Below are positions 25,183-32,046 of a stretch of DNA of 32,046 bases, one piece after another. The notes beneath the pieces were generated by a model. That model made no database searches, had not been told where the DNA came from, and saw only the letters and a list, made by a program, of their open reading frames with translations. Each line of letters begins with the position of its first letter. Within the stretch, counting starts at the first letter, position 1. Source of the stretch: a virus (lineage: Duplodnaviria > Caudoviricetes). The translations under genes and the position numbers were made by a program. Location: the IMG/VR virus record IMGVR_UViG_3300025815_000060, positions 1 through 32,046 of that record; one strand, given 5' to 3'.

Positions 25183-26016
25183 ATGTCAAAGAATCTTTCG
25201 GCAGTTGCCGTACAAGAGTTTGACAGCATGGTGAAACAGGCATACCAAGGTATGGGTGTGCTCAAGCCTGCTGTTACAGTTCGCAACAACGTTGTGGGCG
25301 ACATCTACAAGTTCCGCCGTATGGGCAAGGGCTTGGCTAACCAAAAATCTACTTCTGATCTCGTCACTCCAATGGACGTGACTCACGAGTTCAAGAATGC
25401 GACTCTCGCAAACTGGAACGCTCCTGAGTACACCGACATCTTTGACCAGCAGGAAGTAAACTTTGACGAGAAGCAAGAGCTTGCGAATACTATCGCTGGC
25501 GCTCTTGGCCGTCGTTGTGACCAGCTTGTCATTGACGCGATGGATGCCTCTACTCCGCTGACTACTACAGTTGCGGCTGGTGGCACCAACTTGACAATGG
25601 CTAAGGTCATCGACGCTCAGGTTGAGCTTCGCGATCAAGGTGTTCCATCTTCTGAGTTGTTTGCTGTTATCGAAGCAGGCGGTTTGGGCGGATTGTTGAA
25701 CGATGAGAAAGCAACTTCTAGCGACTATCAAAACATCAAGGCACTCGTATCTGGCGAAGTCAACACACTTGTTGGTTTCCAGTTCATGGTGATCGAAACT
25801 CGTACTGAGGGTGGTTTGACTGAAGCGGCGAATATTGTTGACTCTTGGTTCTTCCAGCGTCCAGCTGTTGGCCTTGCTATCGGCATCGACATGAAGACAG
25901 AAATTAACTGGATTCCCGAGCGTACAGCTTGGCTTTCAAACGGTATGTTGAAGGCTGGCTCTGTTGTACGTGACGAGGGTGGTCTCGTTAAAGTTCAATA
26001 CGACAAGACTGCGTAA
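25183..26016 (+). CDS. Major capsid protein
   Basis: 277 aa; EFDSMVKQAYQ, AGALGRRCDQLVIDAM and GSVVRDEGGLVKV motifs; strong SD; follows the scaffold gene. Confidence 0.9.
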   Translation: MSKNLSAVAVQEFDSMVKQAYQGMGVLKPAVTVRNNVVGDIYKFRRMGKGLANQKSTSDLVTPMDVTHEFKNATLANWNAPEYTDIFDQQEVNFDEKQELANTIAGALGRRCDQLVIDAMDASTPLTTTVAAGGTNLTMAKVIDAQVELRDQGVPSSELFAVIEAGGLGGLLNDEKATSSDYQNIKALVSGEVNTLVGFQFMVIETRTEGGLTEAANIVDSWFFQRPAVGLAIGIDMKTEINWIPERTAWLSNGMLKAGSVVRDEGGLVKVQYDKTA

Positions 26017-26029
26017 GGAGAACTAAGTC

Positions 26030-26287
26030 ATGGCATTTGATTACACTAAGCTCTCACGCATTGGCGGTATGGGCGATGCTCAGAAGGTTTACGCTTATGC
26101 GTCAACTGATTCAATCGCAACTGTTACTGGCGCGGATTACTTCCTGCCAGCAATCAATGAACTTGAAGTCAACGACATCATTTTCGTAAGCGACTCGGAT
26201 GCGGCGGCTGTTACTATCACTTTTGTGAAGAGCAACACCGGCACTGCAATCGACTGCGCGAGCGGAACTGCACTCGGCGACGCATAA
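26030..26287 (+). CDS. Putative capsid decoration protein
   Basis: 85 aa directly after the capsid gene and before the hairpin; AAGGAG SD; DSIATVTGADYF motif. Confidence 0.65.
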   Translation: MAFDYTKLSRIGGMGDAQKVYAYASTDSIATVTGADYFLPAINELEVNDIIFVSDSDAAAVTITFVKSNTGTAIDCASGTALGDA

Positions 26288-26294
26288 GTTCCAC

Positions 26295-26321
26295 GGCCCC
26301 TTCGGGGGCCATTCTAATTCT
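26295..26321 (+). terminator. Hairpin/partial terminator after head genes
   Basis: GGCCCC-TTCG-GGGGCC with a weak, interrupted U tract. Confidence 0.65.
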
Positions 26322-26330
26322 GGGTGAGTT

Positions 26331-26891
26331 ATGGCGAGTAAGATCGACTTAATTAGCAATGCGCTTATTCTGATCGGGGATACTCCGATTAACGCACTTA
26401 CTGGCGGATCACGGCGCGAGACAGTTGCCAACAATCTTTACGACAACATCGTCCAGAACGAGCTAACAAAGCATCGTTGGGGCTTTGCACGTAGGAAGGC
26501 ACAGATATCTCTGTTGACGGATACCCCGGTTGACCCCAATGGCTGGAGAAGCATCTACCAGCTACCCACTGACATGCTGTTCTTGATCACTGTGACACCT
26601 GATTCCAACTATCAGATTTATGGTGACAAGGTATACAGCAACTCTACCCAAGCCCTATACGCTGACTACATTGCAAACGTCACTGAAGATGAGTGGCCTG
26701 TGTACTTCGCAAAGATGATCGAGTACGCATTGGCTATGGACTTCGCGGCGAGCATTAGAGACAGTTCTGCGGCACGAGGTGAGATGGCGGCGGCCTATGT
26801 GAATGCGTCCCGTATGGCGCGATATACGGACTCTCAGCAGTACCCAACGGAGCAACTACGAAGCAACCCGTTCACTAATGTGAGGTTCTAA
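26331..26891 (+). CDS. Tail tubular protein A (adaptor, gp11-like)
   Basis: SKIDLISNALILIG, H.WGFARR and YQLPTD motifs. Confidence 0.85.
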   Translation: MASKIDLISNALILIGDTPINALTGGSRRETVANNLYDNIVQNELTKHRWGFARRKAQISLLTDTPVDPNGWRSIYQLPTDMLFLITVTPDSNYQIYGDKVYSNSTQALYADYIANVTEDEWPVYFAKMIEYALAMDFAASIRDSSAARGEMAAAYVNASRMARYTDSQQYPTEQLRSNPFTNVRF

Positions 26892-27601
26892 TGGCTTTTA
26901 ATAACGAGACCCTTTCACACGTTGGCGGAGCCTCTCCAGCACCAAGGATTTATACCTACTACACTGAGGACTCTCAGGCGACGGTTACTGCCGCAAACTA
27001 TTTCGATGATGCGTCTACAAAGTTCCAAGTAAATGATGTGATCCACGTCATAAACACGACTGTGGTTTATAAACTATTGGTGACGGCTGTTAGCAAGAAA
27101 TCTGTCACGGTAGGAAGAACCGGGATTACAAGTGCGGGCTATGCTGTATATGACGACTCAAGAGCCTCAACACTAACTCTGACTGCCGACACTCTAACGG
27201 TAGTCCCCAATGACGCGCTGGGTACAGCTACCACTAACGCCTATCTTCCGTTGGGCGTGACCAATTTGTGGAACGCGGCAACAAGCTCGTTTGATTTTAG
27301 TCAGTTATCGGTAGGCGATACGGTTGAGATGCGGATTATTGTCCAGCCAACAACTACCAGCAACAATACAGAAATCGAATTGGATCTGTATCTTGGCTCT
27401 GGCGGCACTCAGTACAAAGTGCCTTTCATTACTACGCAGAATTTCCAATTTTCTGGGTTGTATGAAGCTACCCGATACACCTCGTTTCCGATAAGAGATG
27501 AAGATACGAGAACGTCTCCCGCGCAGTTTAAAGCAATGGCAGATAAAAACTGCACTCTTCAGACCGATGACTTCTTTGTAAAAGTGACGCGCAATGGCTA
27601 A
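26891..27601 (+). CDS. Virion protein with decoration-protein-like N-terminal domain and beta-rich C-terminal domain
   Basis: First ~55 aa align with 26030..26287. Confidence 0.65.
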   Translation: MAFNNETLSHVGGASPAPRIYTYYTEDSQATVTAANYFDDASTKFQVNDVIHVINTTVVYKLLVTAVSKKSVTVGRTGITSAGYAVYDDSRASTLTLTADTLTVVPNDALGTATTNAYLPLGVTNLWNAATSSFDFSQLSVGDTVEMRIIVQPTTTSNNTEIELDLYLGSGGTQYKVPFITTQNFQFSGLYEATRYTSFPIRDEDTRTSPAQFKAMADKNCTLQTDDFFVKVTRNG

Positions 27602-30131
27602 GACTCGCTATATACAGTCTAACTTTGTAAGCGGTGAATTATCGCCACTGCTGAAAGGCCGCATTGATATCAACCAGTATTATCAGGCGGCTGAGACAGC
27701 TAGTAATGTTGTGATTGTTCCTCAAGGCGGCTTGCGTCGTCGCCCCGGCACTGAGTTCATCGCTGAGACCACACGCAACTTGGTGTCTTTTGCTTACACA
27801 GGAACCATGCCGAATGGCGGCACAGCGTCGGTACTGTATGGCAATGACGCAACAACCACATCAACTACGGTAGCGATTGGCACGACCAATGATTACGTCG
27901 TAGTCAAGGCCGATAAAGGCGCAAGCAACATAGCTGATATCGAGTTTATTGATATCCGGCAAATTAGCTTGTCGTCTGGCACCTCAACTGAGTTCAAAGT
28001 TCAGTATTCCTCTGACGATGTGACGTATACCGACGCAGGTGACGTTCCATTGATCGGCACAAGCCCACAGGACTTCCGCATCAAGATTGGCATATACGCT
28101 CGCTACTGGCGTCTGGTCCGTGTTGGCACGACTGATTTGGGGTCGGCGACGATCACGGCGGCAGGATTTCAGCTAATCCAAGAAACCGGCGTTGATAGTG
28201 ACTGTAAGTTGGAAGACTTCAGCGTTGAGGATGATCGGCATTACCTGATCGAGTTTACGCGGGACAATATCGCTATCTTCCGCTCTCAGCTTGTTGGGCT
28301 AAACATCCAGACCACGCGAGTTGCGGACATCAAGCCGACTTATGATTCTACTGTTGACGTATCAACTGTGCGAACAGCGCAGATCGAGAACGTCATGCTG
28401 GTCTTCGGCAACTTCGAGCCTATTCGCTTGGTGAATCTTGGTACGGATGCGGACTGGGTTATCGACAACATCCCGTTCATTAACGTCCCTCAGTACGATT
28501 TTGACGATGCACAAAGCCCTACTCCCGTTGATGACGTGCAAGTGCTGACGCTGGGCGGCGGTAGCTTGGCAAAAGGCGATAGATTTCAAGTTGATATCGA
28601 GTCGATCCAGTCCAAGAACATTACATTCGCGGGTGACGGTACGGCAGATGAGCAAGCCTCAACTGTTTTCAACATCCAAAAGAATCTGCAAGAGATGCCA
28701 GTCTTTGGCGAGACGGGTGTGGCCGTAGCAAGAACAGGCGCATTGCAGTACACGATCACAATATCAGGCGAATCCACAAAAAACTTCGAATTGTTTTCTG
28801 GCTACTTCACTGAAGGCGATGCAAGCAATACGGTTTCGTTTGTAAAGACCGCCAACGGTACACCCAGAAAAGAGGATGTTTGGTCTGCTACCCGTGGATA
28901 CCCTATCAGCGCGTGTTTCTACGAAGGCCGGTTGGTACTTGGTGGCACTCAGTCCAAGCCTCAGTCGATCTTCATGTCTAAGACGGGCGCATTCTTTGAC
29001 TTCGACATTGATGACGGCGATGACGATGAGGCGATCTTTGCCACCATCTCTTCACGCAAGTTGAATGACATTGTTGACGTATATCCCGGTCGTAACTTGC
29101 AGATATTTACGTCTGGCGCGGAGTTTGCTGTAACCAGCAGACCCGTCACCCCGTCCAGTATCAACATTCAGCCACAGACTTCACACGGCGCAAACAGTGT
29201 TGAGGTCCAAGATGTGGATGGCTCGACCATATTTGTAGACCGCTTTGGTAAATCGCTCCTGAGCTTCCTGTATTCGTTCAACGAGGACGCTTACACCACA
29301 GACGATAGGTCGGTACTGGCCTCACATTTGATCAATCAGCCGGTCGATATGGCGCTCCTAGCGGGTACTGCGAGTGACGACGCTAACTGGCTATTTATCG
29401 TAAATAGTGACGGTACAGCGGCCATCCTGAACACCCTGAGAAGCCAAGACATCAACGGCTTCACTAGCTGGAGTACGAGCGGCGACATCAAGAGCGTTTG
29501 CGTTGTAGACGATCAGTTGTTTATGACGGTTGAGCGCGAAGTAAATGGCACTGACAAACTGTTTATTGAGCGCTGGGACTTCACCTATCTCATGGATTGC
29601 TCGATCAAGAGCGTACAAGTGGCTGGTGTTATCGACGGACTAGATCATTTGGACGGCGAATCGGTCAAGGCTATTACACGCGAAGGCTATTTGGACAAGA
29701 ACGAGGGCTATGTGCTGTCGTCTTACACGGTAGCTAGTGGGCAGATCACGCTTGATGCCAGTGAACAATACTCGCTAACCACGTATGAGGTTGGCTTGCC
29801 GTTTGTTCCTACTATTAAGCCGATGCCACTGAATACCAACATCGGATCAGGCCAAAACCAGATGCGTCTGAAGAAGATTGTCCGCATGAACCTGCGTGTC
29901 TACGAGTCTTCCGGTATCTATATCGACGGCATCCCTGTACCTATCCGCTCGTTTGGCGAGGCAGGTATCACGTCACCACTTACTAACGAGTCTATTGTCC
30001 CCACAAGTGGCATAATAGAAGATATTTACGATATTAACGGCTGGGGTAGAGAGGTCATACCGACAATCACTTGTCCTGATCCTACGCCCATGCACATACA
30101 GATGATTGAATACGAAGTTGAGGGTAACTAG
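27594..30131 (+). CDS. Tail tubular protein B (nozzle, gp12-like) with inserted domains
   Basis: QSNFVSGELSP, PQGGLRRRPG, WSATRGYP and FYEGRLVLGG motifs. Confidence 0.9.
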   Translation: MAKTRYIQSNFVSGELSPLLKGRIDINQYYQAAETASNVVIVPQGGLRRRPGTEFIAETTRNLVSFAYTGTMPNGGTASVLYGNDATTTSTTVAIGTTNDYVVVKADKGASNIADIEFIDIRQISLSSGTSTEFKVQYSSDDVTYTDAGDVPLIGTSPQDFRIKIGIYARYWRLVRVGTTDLGSATITAAGFQLIQETGVDSDCKLEDFSVEDDRHYLIEFTRDNIAIFRSQLVGLNIQTTRVADIKPTYDSTVDVSTVRTAQIENVMLVFGNFEPIRLVNLGTDADWVIDNIPFINVPQYDFDDAQSPTPVDDVQVLTLGGGSLAKGDRFQVDIESIQSKNITFAGDGTADEQASTVFNIQKNLQEMPVFGETGVAVARTGALQYTITISGESTKNFELFSGYFTEGDASNTVSFVKTANGTPRKEDVWSATRGYPISACFYEGRLVLGGTQSKPQSIFMSKTGAFFDFDIDDGDDDEAIFATISSRKLNDIVDVYPGRNLQIFTSGAEFAVTSRPVTPSSINIQPQTSHGANSVEVQDVDGSTIFVDRFGKSLLSFLYSFNEDAYTTDDRSVLASHLINQPVDMALLAGTASDDANWLFIVNSDGTAAILNTLRSQDINGFTSWSTSGDIKSVCVVDDQLFMTVEREVNGTDKLFIERWDFTYLMDCSIKSVQVAGVIDGLDHLDGESVKAITREGYLDKNEGYVLSSYTVASGQITLDASEQYSLTTYEVGLPFVPTIKPMPLNTNIGSGQNQMRLKKIVRMNLRVYESSGIYIDGIPVPIRSFGEAGITSPLTNESIVPTSGIIEDIYDINGWGREVIPTITCPDPTPMHIQMIEYEVEGN
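29893..30019. repeat. Exact 127-bp direct repeat, copy 2
   Basis: Identical to 1-127; diverged homology continues to about 30690. Confidence 0.97.
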
Positions 30132-30578
30132 ATGGACCCGTTTACTATATTGGCAACACTGGCTGTAATTTCTGGGGCGACATCCGCCTACGGTCAAGTG
30201 CAAGCTGGTAAAGCTCAAGAGGCAAGTTTTAAAGAGCAAGCCAAGCAGGAAGAGATGGCGGCTCAAAGCCAAGAGCTAGCACGTCGTCAAGAGCTTAACC
30301 GGGCATTAGCGGCTAACGTCGCGGCACTCTCAACAGCAGGAATATCTGGGGAAGGCACACCAGCAAGTTTATCGCTGGAAAGTGCAAAACAGGCAGGTCT
30401 TAGCGAAATGACTATCGACCTATCAGAACGCCTACGAAGGGCGTCATTACAACGTCAGGCACAAGCGGCAAGACAGCAAGGTCAATTAGGTGCGGCAAGT
30501 ACGCTATTACAAACAGGCGTACAAGTTGCGACTCTAGGCCAAAGTGCTGGCGGAGAAGGCGGCGGAGAAGGCGGTTAA
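30132..30578 (+). CDS. Small internal virion protein, allele B
   Basis: Central ~90 aa nearly identical to 239..658; both termini differ. Confidence 0.8.
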   Translation: MDPFTILATLAVISGATSAYGQVQAGKAQEASFKEQAKQEEMAAQSQELARRQELNRALAANVAALSTAGISGEGTPASLSLESAKQAGLSEMTIDLSERLRRASLQRQAQAARQQGQLGAASTLLQTGVQVATLGQSAGGEGGGEGG

Positions 30579-30580
30579 GA

Positions 30581-32046
30581 ATGGCTCAGAAGCGCATTGA
30601 TTACTACGGCAGGTTTACACCAACAGGTGTAGATACGTCTCAGGCTAAACGCTTGCAGGCTCTCTCTGGCTTGGCTGAACAGGTCGGCGGTATTGCGTAT
30701 GGTGTTGCTTCTGACATTGCCGAGCGCAGAGGCTTACAGGCTGGACTTGCGGCTGGACAACAGGCGGCAGAGAAAGGCGAGATCATTGAGACACAAAAAG
30801 GCTTTTTGTCACAGATCTCTATATTCGATCAGGCATATAACAACGCTATGTCAAAGGCATACGTTGCTGGCGTTGATAACGACGCACGAGAGAACATTAA
30901 CCGACTGCTGACTGACAACCCCGATGACATTGATGCGTTTGATTCCGCAGTGAATGCGTATCGAACAGGCGTCACGCAGAACATAGCCGATGAGTTCAAG
31001 CCACTGATTGACCAGTCAATGGATCAGATGATCTCTAGCGCTCGGTCACAGGTACACCAAGCGCAAACAGCCAAGAATCTCAAGAGCGCGGATGACACGC
31101 TCATTCGCTCTGGTCAAACAGCAAGCGAGGCCGCATTGAAGGCGGCACGTATCGGTGATGATGAGTCGGCATTGATCGGTCGTATGAATGCGTTTTCATC
31201 TTTTGATGCGCGTGTTGAAGCTGGAACGATGACTGAGGCGGCGGCTGAGACTGCAAAGCAAAATCTTATTGTAGCCACTGAAGGCGAGAAAGCCCGAGGC
31301 GGATTGCAAGCTATCATTAAGAATCGCGGCGCGTATGCGGCGGTTGAGTTTATCAATGCGGTAGCTGAGACGCCTGTTAGTAACTTCACGCTTGAACAGC
31401 AGGAAAATCTTGCAGATGTTCTACGTGCTGACTTGAACGAGTACATATCACTGACCAACATCCAAGAGAAGCAAGCTGAGGATGCACTGAAGGCCCGTCA
31501 AGGCGAGAACTTCACTAGCCTGTACGTTGGCATCATTAACGGCGAGACAGACGTGGGCGACATTACACGCACTGCTATGGCTGGCAATCTCACGCAGTCA
31601 CAACTGACTACGCTGACCAATGTGATGAACACTCGCGGTCAAGGTATTGATGACTTCGATCTGATCTATGACATCCAGACGCAGATGTATCAGAACCCAC
31701 AAGCGGCGCGTGACTTGATTATTGCTAACACTGGCACCCGGCTGACCGGATCTAGGGCGCAGTCATTACTGTCTACGCTAGGTGAAGAGCCTATTTTGAA
31801 CACGCCAAAGGCTACGCGCTATCGCAAGTATGTCAGTACAAACGTGGGCATTGTTGACCCGATTACTGGTCGCTTTACTGGCGCAGGTACGAAGGAACGT
31901 GCCGCTGACTTAATGCTGGCGTTTGATGAGAAGGTGTTGGCTGGTGAAGATCCTTCCGCTGTCGCAGAGCAATTGCTAGATATCAACGACATTCCACCTC
32001 AATTCACTAGCGAAGCCGATGTGAACAAGGCGCTTGAGCGTTTAGC
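30581..32046 (+). CDS. Internal virion protein, allele B, partial (runs off window; not in ORF track)
   Basis: Open frame MAQKRIDYYGRFTPTGVDTSQAKRLQALSGLAEQVG... to the window end; 34 of the first 36 aa match 658..2997, then it diverges strongly. Confidence 0.88.
   Translation, partial: MAQKRIDYYGRFTPTGVDTSQAKRLQALSGLAEQVGGIAYGVASDIAERRGLQAGLAAGQQAAEKGEIIETQKGFLSQISIFDQAYNNAMSKAYVAGVDNDARENINRLLTDNPDDIDAFDSAVNAYRTGVTQNIADEFKPLIDQSMDQMISSARSQVHQAQTAKNLKSADDTLIRSGQTASEAALKAARIGDDESALIGRMNAFSSFDARVEAGTMTEAAAETAKQNLIVATEGEKARGGLQAIIKNRGAYAAVEFINAVAETPVSNFTLEQQENLADVLRADLNEYISLTNIQEKQAEDALKARQGENFTSLYVGIINGETDVGDITRTAMAGNLTQSQLTTLTNVMNTRGQGIDDFDLIYDIQTQMYQNPQAARDLIIANTGTRLTGSRAQSLLSTLGEEPILNTPKATRYRKYVSTNVGIVDPITGRFTGAGTKERAADLMLAFDEKVLAGEDPSAVAEQLLDINDIPPQFTSEADVNKALERL

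Noticed and set aside
30549-30575. GGCGGAGAA tandem repeat
   Set aside because: Short coding repeat for a GGEGGGEGG tail; no evidence of a separate function.
1-32046. CRISPR array, tRNA genes, integrase/att site, reverse transcriptase or DGR
   Set aside because: No repeat-spacer array, cloverleaf, recombinase or RT motifs seen; allele differences are mostly synonymous rather than adenine-specific.

Overview
The window is essentially one complete, circularly permuted dsDNA podophage genome with a unit length of about 29,892 bp. Bases 1-127 recur exactly at 29893-30019; the contig then runs on for about 2 kb into a second, diverged allele of the same ejection-protein genes. The virion module is BPP-1/T7-like: terminases, portal, scaffold, major capsid protein, tail tube A and B, three internal virion proteins and a beta-helix tailspike. 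It is followed by a cluster of very basic mini-proteins and a holin/M15 endolysin cassette. The early region is lambdoid-like (ssDNA-annealing protein, SSB, HTH proteins, HNH-AP2, NinB- and NinG-like genes). I see no DNA polymerase, primase/helicase, RNA polymerase or integrase. The most notable observations are: (i) a candidate ~85-nt minus-strand small RNA complementary to a CCAAGGGA(G) leader shared by three early genes; (ii) an adjacent ~260-nt highly structured non-coding region ahead of the HNH and minimal replication genes; (iii) a C5 DNA methyltransferase encoded as two polypeptides in nested reading frames; (iv) near-total avoidance of GCWGC and CCWGG; (v) a shared operator over three promoters and a stand-alone sigma70 region-4 protein. 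All calls come from reading motifs by eye; no searches or folding programs were run.
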